The notes below the pieces were generated by a model that was not told the origin of the DNA, did not search any database, and saw only the letters and a list, made by a program, of their open reading frames with translations. Positions 1-13,551 of a DNA stretch of 64,000 nt are shown piece after piece. A program made the translations under genes and the position numbers. Position 1 is the first letter of the stretch; every line of letters starts with the position of its first letter. The stretch comes from Octopus bimaculoides (taxonomy: Eukaryota): the NCBI RefSeq assembly GCF_001194135.2, contig NC_068983.1, positions 7,196,102-7,260,101 on the forward strand. Direction: 5' to 3'.

Positions 1-146
1 CATACATATATACATATATATATACATACATATATACATATATATATATACATACATATATACATATATATATATACATACATATATACATATATATATA
101 TACATACATATATATATACATACATATATATATATATATATATATG
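1..146. repeat. (TA)n/(TACA)n microsatellite
   Basis: Direct inspection. Confidence 0.95.
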
Positions 147-767
147 TTTTATTTTAAAACTCAATGATAATCATTTCATCAGTTTGATGTGTTTATAGTT
201 AATCAGTGATGATGCCACCCAACTCCCTCCAGGCGATATTTGGTGGTGCTCTCGAAGGCATCTGGGATTCACTCAGGGGTACCATAAAATTTTACAAGAT
301 TTTTGTAGAATCTTCTCAGAAAGAGAAAGAGATGAAAAAGAAAAACACGAAACCTTTAATTGATGAAGAACATTTTAACTTGCTGCTTCTGGAATGGAGG
401 TGTCTTTATGGCCAGCAGTACATTAGGTTTTAATTACATTCTGCTTCTTATTGTGCAAAACATAATCCAGTTTATATTTGGTGAAACAGTATATGATGGA
501 GTAGTTTGTCTGTGGATCTACCAAATTCTTTCATGGACATTTAATACGTCTTTCTTCCATTTTCATCTCATAAACATAACCGACTTTAATTCTTGTCCAA
601 TATTTCATAGATTTTTATGTATTATAAATTCTTCCTTGGAATTTTAGATTTTTAAACTAGTTTTGTACACTTTTCTCGATGGTGTCTGATCTCCTTATTC
701 GTGCGAGTTGCACCATGGTGGTTCTTCTCTAAATTATCAAAATATATATACATACACACATATATAT

Positions 768-799
<32 letters not shown>

Positions 800-816
800 G
801 TCTATATATATATATA

Positions 817-978
817 TACGACAGCCTTCTTTCAGTTTCTGTGTATCAAATCCACTGGTAAGGCTTTGGTCAACCCAAGGTTATAATAGAAAACACTTGC
901 CCAAGGTGCCACACAGTGGGTCTGAACCCAGAACCATGGAGCTGGGAAGCAAGCTTCTTATCACATAGCCACACCTGT
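817..978 (-). mobile_element. tRNA-derived SINE family A, 5' half
   Basis: Reverse complement of the family A head (ctgtgtggtaag...gttcagtcccac...gaaactgaaagaag). Confidence 0.8.
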
Positions 979-983
979 ACCTA

Positions 984-1034
<51 letters not shown>

Positions 1035-2603
1035 ACAGAAGTCATTGTGCTGTGATGGCTACATCGTGGTAGGTTGATTCTTGTTTATTTTTATGTATCT
1101 TGACCATACGTGTACTGATGAACAAAAGAATACAGGTTACTTCACAGTTTTTCTGTATTTGATTGAGAAACCAGTGGTCTACCGTTGAGTTAAATGTTTT
1201 TAAGAGATAAATTTTGAAATTTGCATTTTCTCGCTTTCAGTAAATATGTTGCTTATTTTTTGGTAGTTTTTGACTTATTTAGTCCCTCGAAGCGGGAGGC
1301 ATTACTACACAGTTAATGCCCTTTATATATAATTATATATCTCCCCATCTCATTCTTCCCTCTACTGTTCTTCACCTCTACCTGTCACTACTTCTCTCTC
1401 TCTCTCTTGTTACTCGTCCTTTGCCTCTCACCGTTACTACTACTACTATCTCTCTCTACCTCTCGTTGCTCACTTTTATTCTACTTCCTCCCCTCCTTTT
1501 CCCTCTGCTACTCTTTCTCTTCATACAGCCTTGGTCACATGTGTGCGGCTGCTATTTCTTTTCGTTCTTGGAATCACCAAGCTCGCACGTACTTCTTTGC
1601 CCCTCCTGTACGTGCTTCACAGCGTTCANNNNNNNNNNCCGTCCGCCACTACCCTCCACGAAAACAATTTAATTTGTGTTCGTGGGAAGAACCATTTTAA
1701 CGATGCGTACTGCCTTAATTCTTCGAAACGCCAGAGTTTTAATGGTGGCAGCTGATGAAGGGGATGTTTCTATGTGGCCTGCTTGTTTGTTGCACCTTGT
1801 TTACCATTTTTGTCCTTGTTCTTTTGCCACGTCATGTACCCAGTTATGTATCTTTATGTACATGTAGATGAACGTATATACATACATGTACATATATATG
1901 CATATACTCATATATTGTTTATATATACATATATATATATAAAATATTCTTTTATGCCTTAGTATTTTTTGGTTAAACTTTGGATCAATAGGTCTACTGT
2001 ATTCTTCATGTTTGAACTTTTGACATATAAGCCTATTATTTTCAGATTCAGGTCTTTGATTTCTAATCTATATTTAATTCAATTCGTTACCATTATTCAT
2101 TCTTTCTTTTTCTTCCCATAAATAGCACTCATTAATAGAATTTTTTCCTCATGGCACTGGTTTTAACATTTAGGGACATCATTTGTTATGTAAGTATATT
2201 TAATCTCAAAGTATATTTCAAATATTTGTTTATTGTACAAGTCTATTAAAATTGGATTTTTATGAAGTAAATGCTTTTAACCAGTTATTATAGCAAAATA
2301 AACAAAGTAATCTAGCTGAGATTAAAATAAATACAAAATAAGGACACACAGATAAATACACATATACACTAATGTTTATGTGTAATAACTAATATAATGG
2401 GAGTGATATATGCACAAAGTAATTTATATTTATAAATAATAGAAAATATATTTATTTATAAATAAATATATTCTAGTGAAATTATGATGGATTTTTTCCC
2501 TTTTGAGTTTTTTCACACTAACTACTTGATGAAATTCTTATGAAAGATTTTATCCTATTATTGAATTAATTAAGGTGTATTGGTGTTATTTTGTACCAGA
2601 TAG

Positions 2604-2750
2604 TTGAATGTGATTAAAGATCTCCAGAGACTTAAGGTCATTTTGGAGAATGCAGAAGAGCTGGTGCAGATCTGCCAGTTATGTGAAGCACTGGTTGACC
2701 GCATTGGCTCTACATATGATGACACTTCTGGGATCACTAACTTGGGATGA
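2604..2750 (+). CDS. Candidate terminal exon or gene fragment of an unidentified plus-strand gene (LNVIKDLQRLKVILENAEELVQICQLCEALVDRIGSTYDDTSGITNLG*)
   Basis: Preceded by ttattttgtaccagatag; 48 open codons with helical, protein-like composition in a GC-raised island inside AT-rich DNA; not recognised. Confidence 0.35.
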   Translation: MNVIKDLQRLKVILENAEELVQICQLCEALVDRIGSTYDDTSGITNLG

Positions 2751-4114
2751 CCACAGCCCCATCAAGCAGGAGCATGAGTGAGTGGGTGAGTGGTGTTACT
2801 TCAGTTGGATTTATGGTTAAGGCCGGATTTGTATTCCTTATACAAACTGATTAACTTATCTGCCTTAGTATTGCATCATAAGAATGAGTAGATATGAGAT
2901 ACACATTGAGTCTTTTGAATTTTTAGTACAGTGTTTGTTGATAAAATGTGGATATGGATTTCTTTCCAACAGTTCTTTCAATGTTTGCTGAAAATTTCAT
3001 CTCTACTCTGAGCTGTCTTTCCTTCGTAATTTTCAAAGAAGGAAGCAGATGATCCGTCTTGCTGCTTGAAACCTTTAGTATTCAGATTACTCTGTCAACA
3101 TAATGCTTATGTTTTCAATTAATCGTGTATTATCACATAGCTACGAGATTTCAATGATAAAATTCATTTTTAGAGTAGCATTGTAGGGCCAGATTTAGCT
3201 GATTTGCACATAAAACAGGTAGAGTATTTAGGCCAGATATGGCCAGTTTAAATTTTAGAGCTAAAGAGTATACTAAACTTCTTATTTCACAGATGATTTT
3301 ATGAGTTTGTAGAACACATCTTGCAACTATTTTTACAGCTGTACTCATCAGGAAGGCAGAACTAGATATCTAATCAAATTAATCTGTTTTTCCATGACTT
3401 TACTATTGAGATAAACAATATCTTAAATCTATTATCTGTTTTACTATATATCATAGCATCCATGAATTGGTCTGTTTTACTATATGGCATAGCATTTAAG
3501 GGAAGCTGTTTCATTATATAACAAAGCATCTATGTATTGGTCTTAGATATTTCATTATTTTGTTTTTAACAACTTTATTCTAAAATCTAAATGACATTGT
3601 TTGCATTACTCTTTTTAAACAATATTTTCAAACTTATTCTTGGTTCAATTGTACACCTTAAAACTATAATTTTATCTGAAACCAGAAAAACTGAAATTTA
3701 GAAGATAAAGTACTAAATATTCTTCCACTATTCATCAGGTTGGTGTCATGTACACATTGACCATTATTCTAACAAAGTCTACAAGTGGGATGTTTAGTTT
3801 AACAGTTTCCAATATAGAAGAAATGTCTATCCCAATTAGAAGTGGGTTCACCATAGATATTCTGTAATGTAAGTAGAGTTTGGATGCTCCATTGATATTT
3901 ATGTTCTCTATCTATATGTAACATGGTATCCACTAATGATAATCTATTATTTGAGCGCCTGGAAGTGTAGTCAATAATGATTTTTTTTTTCCTATCAAGG
4001 ATGGAATTTGCTCCTTCGCATCATACACACAGCATCATACTCCTCCCCGTCTGTGTGGGGAATTATTTTAAAGACAAGGTTTTTTTTTTTTTAAATAGAT
4101 AAAAAGCAGAGCCA

Positions 4115-4400
4115 TCATCATCATCGTTTAACGTCCGCTTTCCATGCTTGGTTGGATGGTTTGACTGAGGACTGGTGAGCTAGATGGCTGCAGAGTTTCT
4201 ACATCTGGATGCCCTTCCTAATGCCAACCACTCCAAGAGTGTAGTGGGTGCTTTTACGTGCCACCGACATGAGGGCCAGTCCAGCGGCACTGGCAACGCT
4301 CTTGCTCAAATGTTCTTTTTCACGTACCACCGGCACAAGTGCCAGTAAGGCGACACTGGTAATGATCACGCTTGAATGGTGCCTTTTACATGCCACAGAC
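4115..4400 (-). mobile_element. SINE family C, (GAT)n-tailed
   Basis: catcatcatcgtttaacgtccgctttccatgc...ggatgcccttcctaatgccaaccactc. Confidence 0.8.
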
Positions 4401-4504
4401 ATTACAGCTGAAATTGCTGGAGATGTGGCCAGTATGTTTATGGTACGGTAAGATAAACAAATAAAATAATCCATCCACTATTCCTAAGAGAATCATGAGA
4501 AAAG

Positions 4505-4630
4505 AGTCCTCAGGCACCTCCTCCATAGAGTCCTATTAGAAGCAACTGCCATTACACTTTCCAAGCATGACCGAAAGAGACTATGGATATTATCCAACCA
4601 TCCCATTGTTGGTCTACCCCTGGGTCTCCT
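4505..4630 (-). mobile_element. RTE-clade LINE 3' fragment
   Basis: Translates RRPRGRPTMGWLDNI...ASNRTLWRRCL, typical of the RTE ORF end. Confidence 0.65.
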
Positions 4631-4854
4631 GCTGTTTGGCTCAGCTTAAATAATTTGTCCTGTGATCCTTTCCTATGACATTCTGATCTAGATACAGTAT
4701 TGTACTCTTGGTACTTTGATGATGTAAGCTTTGCTATTAAAATGGTTTTTTGTACTGATGAGCAGGAAGTTTTGTTTGCTTAAAGAGAGAATTAATAATT
4801 ATTAATCGTTAATCCTCAATCAGAAATTTATTAGTATTTATTAGTTATTCATAG

Positions 4855-5245
4855 AGGCACAGCTATGTGGTTAAGAAGCTTGCTTTGTAACCATGTGGTT
4901 TCAAGTTCAGTCCCACAGTAAGGCATCTTAGCCCTGAGTGTCTTCTACAATAGCCTCAGGTCAACAAAAGCCTTGTGAGTGAATTAGGTAAATGGAAACT
5001 GTGTGGAAGCCCATCTTATATATGTATATATCTATGTGTTCATCTTTGTGTCTATTTGTCACTCCTCTACACTTCTTGACAACTGATGTTGGTTTGTTTA
5101 TGTCCCTGTAATTTAGTGGTTCAGCAAAATAACCCAATACAAAAAGAACCATACTTAGAAGCAAAAAAAAAAAAAATGGGATCGATTTGTTTGACCTTCA
5201 AGGCAGTGCTTCAGTGTGGCCACATTCCAATGCCTGGAACAAGCA
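4855..5245 (+). mobile_element. SINE family A, diverged full copy
   Basis: Head, central microsatellite and cagcatggccacag-type tail all recognisable. Confidence 0.75.
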
Positions 5246-5913
5246 GAAGATAAAAAACAGAAAGTGTTTCAAAGAGATGAAAGGAATAAAGCCAAAGTTA
5301 AGAACGAGAAGCTACTTACCCATTGGCAACATTATTAAGTGCTATAAACTATAAACCAGAACCAAAATAGCAGCAATGGAAATATCTGCTTTGTTATTTT
5401 AGTAATAAAATAGATATTTTCACTAAGATCGCCAACCTTTGTAGGAGATATTACCTAAAATGCCTAATACACAAAAACCAACAGTTTTATGAAAATACTA
5501 AAGGGAGATGTATTCTTCTTTACCAAGGATACTAACAATATTTTTTTCATTTTGCTATTGCATGGTTTTTGGTTCAGCTTAACTACAAAGTACCTCGAGG
5601 AAGTGTTTTTCTGCTATTGCCTTGAGCCAATCAATGCCTTCTGAGTGAATTTGGTATATAGAAACTGTGAGGAAACCTGTCACGTGATTAAAATATATAT
5701 ATATGGAGTTGGTAGAATCGTTACTATGCTGGAAAATGCTTAGCAGTATTTCTTCTGGCTTTACGTTCTGAGTTCAAATGCTGCCACAGTTGACTTTGCC
5801 TTTCATCTTTTCAGGGCTCATAACATAAGTACCAGTTGAATACTGGGATTGATATAATCAACTAGCCCCATCCCATGAAATTGCTGGCCTTGTGCAAAAA
5901 CCAATACATTATA

Positions 5914-6671
5914 CAGGATGTGATGGGTAAAATGTCGCCATTTTATATTTTTAATTTCATGCATGCGCAGTGTTTGTGTTTGATTTTGTCAACTACACAG
6001 TATAGCAGGATCAGTTGGACACCATCCATGAGAAAAACAGCACCATGACGCAATTCATTCTGTCAGAAATTTGGAAATATGTTGTACTGCTTGGCATTCA
6101 TACAGGAAACTCCAATACAAACAGATGGTGAACACACAGAACTGCCATTGGTTTGCCATGACCCTAAAACTTGTACCAAGAGGGATAAAAATCAAACATC
6201 CAGTCAACATCATGGCGTTTGGAGTGATCACTAGTGATGGTGACGTTATGCCTCCATTCATCTTCCCACACAGCCTCACACTCAACACAGAGGCCTACAT
6301 CAAGTGCCTGAACGAGATAGTGCTGCCTTGGGTCAAGAGGGTGGCTGCTGGAAGACCCTATGTATGGCAACAGGACTCTGCACCCTGCCACACAAGCAGG
6401 AGAACCCANNNNNNNNNNNNNNNNNNNNNNNNNNNNNNNNNNAATTTCTGCGACCACATCACCCCTAACATCTGGCCACCTAACTCCCCAGACAGCAACC
6501 TCCTTGATTATTATATGCGGGGTGTAGTTGAGCAAGGGACCAACAAAACTCCTTGTAACACCAAAGATGAACTGAAGTCAACGATTATGGCAGCATTGAC
6601 CAACTTAAACAAGGAGATTCCGAAGTCGTCTGGAGGCCATGGTTGAAGCCAATGGCGACTTTATTGAATAA
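5914..6671 (+). mobile_element. Truncated Tc1/mariner transposon, maT/DD37D-like transposase remnant
   Basis: TA-CAGGATGTG left end; translation includes VWQQDSAPCH and WPPNSPDSNLLDYY. An N gap prevents counting the D-D spacing; no right TIR seen. Confidence 0.85.
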
Positions 6672-7700
6672 ATTTACTCTTTGGTATTTCAAGTTATTTT
6701 TATATAATTTTGGTACTTTACTATGGACCAGTTAATGCTGTATGCAAAACCATACAATATAATTTCCAGGAGATGCTGTCTCTGCTCCAAGGAATCCCTG
6801 TCTATTCTGTGGACTAACGAGAAGATATTTAATAGAATTTCTGAACAACTCAGAAGATGCTTACACACTTAGAAATGTATTTTTGCACAATGCAGTGGGA
6901 ATGAATTTTAAGTAACTGTTAACTTAATTTAATTTAATTTACTTTAAGGTATGGATGACAAAGTTTACTTCTAACCTCCCCATTCTTATAAACACCAAGT
7001 AAATAACCAACTCCCTTCGTGATCATGAGTGCACTAAACCACATGTGTGCGAATGCTTACGTTTTTGCAAATGCTTCTATGAGTGGGTGTACTTGCGCCA
7101 TGCAGCTTGACTGGGGGCATTTATAGATCCATATCTGTTAACGGTTATTTTTAATACTTTTCTCACTGAATTGTGTGTTCGTTTCTCTTTTGGTCTTCTA
7201 CAATTCTATTTTTGGATCTTGTATATAAATGAAGATATTTCCTCCGTCTGGCTTCTTTTCTTTCTACAAATCGAGAAGTTACATTGCAGAGCTGTTATTT
7301 TAACGAGTTGTATTTATCTATCACTCGACGAGATACATCCATCCCACCAGATGCTCCTGAACCAGTTGTTGAGTGTCCCACACATGAGGGATCGATGCTA
7401 GGTGTGGCGAAACAATTGTCATGATTAATAATAAATTCTCGTATATTCCATTTTCTGTCTTTCATTTGCCATATACCTAACGATCACTGTAAGTGACCAT
7501 GCTTTACCAGTAAGCTACCAGGTGTAAACCATTCGTCTTATTATCTGTTAGATATGTGTGTGTGTGTGTGTGTGTCCACATTGCCTGACAACCGATGCTG
7601 GTGTGTTTACGTCCCCGTAACTTAGCGGTTCAGCATAAGAGACTGACAGAATAAGTACTAGGCTTACAAAGAATAAGTTCAGGGGTCAACTAATTAGGGG

Positions 7701-7869
7701 GAGAGTTAGTCTAGATGAGATGCAGTTTGGTATTGTGCCAGTGGGAAGCACTACTGATGCAATATTTCTGGTAAAGTAGCTGCAGGAGAAATACATATCC
7801 AAAGATAAAACTCCGAATTTGGCTTTTGTTAATTTGGAGAAAGCCTTTGGCAGGGTTCCCCGATCCCTT
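7701..7869 (+). mobile_element. RTE-clade LINE reverse-transcriptase fragment
   Basis: EMQFGIVPVGSTTDAIFLVK*LQEKY...LAFVNLEKAFGRVPRS, a decayed QFGF..GRSTTDAIF / FVDLEKAFDRVP motif. Confidence 0.85.
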
Positions 7870-9257
7870 TACATCTAATGACTGCCTGTCTACCAACATC
7901 CTTCAACAGCCACTTGATAACGGAAATTAGTAAAAGAGAACATACACAAACACACACATATATACACATACATAATTATACAGAATGAAACAATACACAA
8001 ACAGGCATGTATGTATGTATGTGTATGTATATATATATATATATAATTTGTTCAAATTTTAATTGTTTTCTTACTCATTTACATATACTGCATTCCAAAA
8101 AAAATAAGAGAAAACAGTGAAAATATCCAATATTTATAAATATAAATAAAAACTTTAGAAATTTGTTAAAAAATAATAAAGTGAAAATAAAATGAATCAA
8201 ATTTTTTTTTAGAAAAACAATATATAAAGTGTTGGCATGATTCCCCACCCATAGCCACCATCGAAAATGACACTGTTATACTGTTATAAAGAGTCTTGTT
8301 TTAGTTGGTTTATCTACAGAAAGTGATTACAATAAACACAGGAACTGAAAATCTTTCTCAGCCAACAAAGTATCAATAAAGTCTATCTTTGTTGTCTTAA
8401 GTGGAAACATTAGTTACATATTTACTTACAACAGGACCAAAAACTGTTTTATATACGTAGATATATATATTTTCTATTCATTCATTATGCATTCATTAGT
8501 AATTTTTTTTTTATGAGCACTAGCCATAAGCATGGTAGCAGAGAATACATCCCCAAGAATCTCAATTAAAATTTTGAAAACAATAACAAAATTTCTATGG
8601 TTTTTTTTCTCTTTTAAAGACAAATAGTAAACGAATACAATTAAACGAGTAGACAATTTAACAAATAAAATAAATAACAATATTTGTGATAACGTTGATA
8701 GTAAAAGCAATGGCAGCACTTTTGCTAGCATTGCTAATCAGAAGGTGTTCGATATAGACTAACGACTTAAAAATAAAAATATAAGGACACAGATGGGTTA
8801 CGAGATGAGGGACAGGGCCTGGAGGAGATATACTTGCCTAATGAATACATCAAGGAATAGGCAAGGATTAGAGTAAAATAGCTCTGTCTAGACAAAAGGA
8901 GGAGGGAGCTTTTGTATGCCCGTATAGGAACAGGTGGGGGAGGGACCCATTGACCTGGGTGGGGTGTATGAAAGCATTTACCTGGTGTTATGACAGGAAA
9001 AAATGAAGCAACAGGTGGAATAGATGTGCCAAACACCTGTCAATCCATAGGCTGGTGTTGCAATATATGGTTAGATAAAATACAAGGGTTGTGATCAGGA
9101 AAATTGGAGGGGGGGGGTGCTGGCTTTGTGACATTGTATGGGTCGGTGGTGAGAAAAGTGGTAAAAGAAAGCAATGTAGTCAGGAAAGGTCTTGATAGAC
9201 ACGCAAGTCCTAATGGAATTCTGATTGCCACAGAGCTGTTCTGTAGTTATACCCCAT

Positions 9258-9635
9258 GTGTTGTATGTTGGCACTCCGTCGCTTACGATGTCAAGGGTTC
9301 CAGTTGGAACAGCCTGCTCGTGAAATTAACGTGCAAGTGGCTGAGCACTCCACAGACACGTGTACCCTTAACGTAGTTCTCGGGGATATTCAGCTTGACA
9401 CAGTGTGACAAGGCTGGCCCTTTGAATTACAGGCACAACAGAAACAGGAAGTAAGAGTGAGAGAAAGTTGTGGTGAAAGAGTACAGCAGGGTTCGCCACC
9501 ATCCCCTGTCGGAGCCTCGTGGAGCTTTAGGTGTTTTCGCTCAATAAACACACACAACGCCCAGTCTGGGAATCGAAACCGCGATCCTATGACCGCGAGT
9601 CTGCTGCCCTAACCACTGGGCCATTGCGCCTCCAC
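9258..9635 (-). mobile_element. tRNA-derived SINE, family E, full length
   Basis: tRNA-like head with A/B boxes, (CAA)-type tail, 10-bp TSD TATACCCCAT at 9248-57 and 9636-45; homologous to 52750-53142. Confidence 0.9.
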
Positions 9636-10807
9636 TATACCCCATAGTGAATGCTAAAAGAAAAAAAAAAAAGAAGAAAAGAGCATTTAAAGAAATGATG
9701 CAAATAAGAAACCCAATTATGATATATGTATGGAAGAGCCATTTGAAGGCTTTCTGCTCTTCTGCTCAAAGGAACTGGAAAAGTAGAGGAAGAAAGTAAC
9801 AAGTATTAGCAGGCTCCAGAAATTTCTGTTTCCATAGTATCATTAGCCACAGCTCCAAGGATAGTATATATATAAAAAAAATTTTTTTAATGAAAAGACA
9901 CCATATCCTCAGTGTCAGGAGCTGACAGCCAGGAAACCAAGGTGTCCCTTCCCATTCGTACCATCCTAATTACCTTGAAATGATGAACAGATGGAGGTTG
10001 GGAATGAATGGCAAACCAGCAAGAAGAGCCAAAACAGAAGTAAAAAATGAGGTTGGGGAGACACGGAAAAAGCGAGTCCAGACCAAAGATAAGCAAGATG
10101 CAACAGGAAGAATGTTTTTTTTTTATTCTAGGACAGCATGAAATTCAGTTCTTAGAATTGACAAAGAAGCACTGATGGGTCATCTAACCCATGTTAAGGA
10201 ATATAGGAAGAATAAGGTGCTGGCTGAGGAAGAGAGGGGATGAGATTTTGCAGAAGACTTAAATGACTGACATCAAGAACTACATGGGAACATCCCAATG
10301 GATGTGGTGGAATCTAAGCCCAATCCTGTACCAAGAATGCTTACGAACATTTTCAAGTATTCCAGGTTCCAGTACTCTCCAACAAGGTCCAGTCCTTGTT
10401 ACACTATACCTTAATAACCTTGAGAGCTATACTGGATATATTTGGAAGGCCTTCTATACTGGAGAGACTAGTAAGAACTTACTCTTCCCAGAGGTAAAAA
10501 TGGATTTGCAGAAGGCCAACACCCCTACTTAGAAAAAATCAAGGTTACAGAAGCACTGATGATAAATCAACAAGATCTGAGAGAGGAAGGCTTTCCCTTA
10601 AGGAAACATGTAGGATGCTGAGACAGAGCAGAAAAAAACAGGGAGCCAACTAGGAAGAAACAGAAAAGACAGCCCCTATCAAGAACAGTAGAGAAAAAGC
10701 ATTGATGGCCGATGCTTTATAGAGAGGGAGGAGCTTAACCAGGTTTCAGTACTAGGAGTGAAAGTTAGGGGTCATAGGCTGCTTAAATTATTTTTTTTTT
10801 ATACATA

Positions 10808-11204
10808 GGCGTAGGAGTGGCTGTGTGGGAAGTAGCTTGCTAACGAACCACATAGTTCCGGGTTCAGTCCCACTGCGTGGCACGTTGGGCAAGTGTCTTC
10901 TACTATAGCCTCAGGCTGACCAAAGCCTTGTGAGTGGATTTGGNNNNNNNNNNNNNNNNNNNNNNNNNNNNNNNNNNNNNNTATATATATGTGTGTATAT
11001 GTTTGTGTGTCTGTGTTTGTCCCACCAACATCGCTTGACAACTGATGCTGGTGTGTTTACATCCCCGTAACTTAGCGGTTCGGCAAAAGAGACCGATAGA
11101 ATAAGTACTAGGCTTACAAAGAATAAGTCCTGAAGTCGATTTGCTCAACTAAAAAAGTTGCTCCAGCATGGCCACAGTCAAATGACTGAAACAAGTAAAA
11201 GAGT
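10808..11204 (+). mobile_element. SINE family A
   Basis: High similarity to the 14321 and 18906 copies; internal N gap. Confidence 0.9.
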
Positions 11205-12792
11205 ATGTATATATTTGTGTAATTTTTTCTATGTTTATTTTTCTATGCTGTAATTTTTTTAATACATTGCATGACGTTTTTGACACCCACCATTGTAAGA
11301 ATGGCTGGGCCCTGGGGGGAAACATATTATGAACGTATCATCATCATCATCACCATTTTTTTCAAATCAGTAAAAACAGAATTTAGTGTTTGAATGCAGT
11401 GTGAGAGGAAACTTCAAAAAGAAAGATAGACAGGCGGACAGACAGGTAAGTAGTCATTATATCACTGACTGAAGTCAGTAGACTGTGGCTATGCAGTGGC
11501 ACTACTTTCAATGGTTTCTATTGATTGTATCAACCAGAAAACTTTGCTTTCTAATTTTATCAGACTCAGGGAAGACAAAAAGCCATGTCAACCATTACAG
11601 TTAAAAAAAAAAAAAAAATGTAATTCTGTTTGAAGATGTAACAGTTTTATGCAATTCAGTGCTGCTGTAGCCATCATTATCATCATCATCATCGTTTAAC
11701 ATCCGCTTTCCATGCTAGCATGGGTTGGACGATTTGACTGAGGACTGGTGAACCAGATGGCTACACCAGGCTCCAATCTGATCTGGACNNNNNNNNNNNN
11801 NNNNNNNNNNNNNNNNNNNNNNNNNNNNNNNNNNNNNNNNNNNNNNNNNNNNNNNNNNNNNNNNNNNNNNNNNNNNNNNNNNNNNNNNNNNNNNNNNNNN
11901 NNNNNNNNNNNNNNNNNNNNNNNNNNNNNNNNNNNNNNNNNNNNNNNNNNNNNNNNNNNNNNNNNNNNNNNNNNNNNNNNNNNNNNNNNNNNNNNNNNNN
12001 NNNNNNNNNNNNNNNNNNNNNNNNNNNNNNNNNNNNNNNNNNNNNNNNNNNNNNNNNNNNNNNNNNNTATATATATATATATATCACCATCATCATTGTT
12101 TAACGTCAGCCTTCCATGCTGGCATGGGTTGGACGATTTGACTGAGGACTGGTGAACCAGATGGCTACACCAGGCTCCAATCTGATCTGGACTTATTCTT
12201 TGTAAGCCTAATACTCATTCTATCGGTTTCTTTTGCCAAACTGCTAAGTGACGTAGACATAAACACACCAGCATCAGTTGTCAAGCAATGCTAGGGGGAC
12301 AAACACAGACACACAAACATACACACACACAGACACACATGTGCTCGACTAAAGGTGGTGCTCCACCATGGCCGCAGTCAAATGACTGAAACAAGTAAAA
12401 GAGAGTGAAAGAGAGAAAGAGAGTAATAGAACAGATACCAGGCTTTACAAAAAAAACAAAGTACAGCAGTGAATTCATTTGACTAAAATCATTCAAGGCA
12501 GTGCACCAGCTTGGCCACAATCAAGTGAATGAAACAAGATATACATGGAGATATATTTCCAACTGCCATTTGATTGATTACTATGTTGTTGCTCCAAACA
12601 CCAGTTCACTTGTATATTATCTCCTTAATCTTCTTTTCAAACTACTGTTTCTCTGCTCCTTAAAGCTGGTTGAGCTTGTTTTACCTGCGCTTGGACTCAC
12701 ATGACTCATACATCTCTCCCATCCACTCCCCACACCAACTAAGTCTACCTAGACCTGCCTACCCAGAATTCCCTGTTCATGCTTTTGTTTAT

Positions 12793-12823
<31 letters not shown>

Positions 12824-13514
12824 TAGTTCATTAACTGCGTCAAACACACAAACACACCTATATTGGTGGAGGAACCATGAATCTTATGAGCTCTATCCTT
12901 TCCTCCAGACTGAATAATTAAAATGAATGAATAAAAAGCTAGATAGAGAAAAAAAAAAAAAAAAAAAAACTCAGTCCCACAAATTTTTCTTATTTCTCTA
13001 ACAAGACAAGGTGAAGGATTTCTATGGAGTAGTGTCTCAAAACTAGAAACATCTTCAATAAAAGTTAATACACATGCTCTATAGTGGTATGCAGAAGAAT
13101 ATATTTTAGTGTTCCACATTAATTTTTCCTTTCTCTGTTTGCTAGGACAGGAATTGATTGTTACAATGATTGGTTGTTTCCACAACTGGATGATGCTTTT
13201 ATATCTTTGCTAATCACTCAACATCAAATTAGACAATGTAGGAGTGCATTCTTTCGTTAACTTTCTAACCTGCCAACCTCCTCCCCCTTTAAAAAATTTT
13301 TTTGGCTCAGACCAACTGGAACAAGTAATACACTGGAGCTTATCTTATCAACTTTGGTAAGATGAAATTTGAAAGTCAGAATCTTCTGGTACGAAATTCT
13401 AAACATTTTAACATTTAATTCAACGTTTTACTATCTCTGCCAACTTACTGCCATTTCTGTTGCATTTTATATTAAAATACAAAAACAATTTATAAAATAT
13501 TTACAAGTACAAAT

Positions 13515-13551
<37 letters not shown>

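Noticed and set aside
206-647. Two short overlapping ORFs with moderately complex sequence
   Set aside because: No recognisable domain or splice context; possibly a decayed transposon.
4755-4790. CTGATGA followed by a hairpin (similar hits at ~1752 on + and 55516-55544 on -)
   Set aside because: No GAAA after stem II and no NUH or stem I, so not hammerheads.
8770-10720. Purine-skewed stretches that may be decayed LINE (Tx1/L1-like) sequence; similar at 21840-22110, 22740-23150 and 34340-34910
   Set aside because: I could not recover a diagnostic RT or endonuclease motif by eye; needs translated search.
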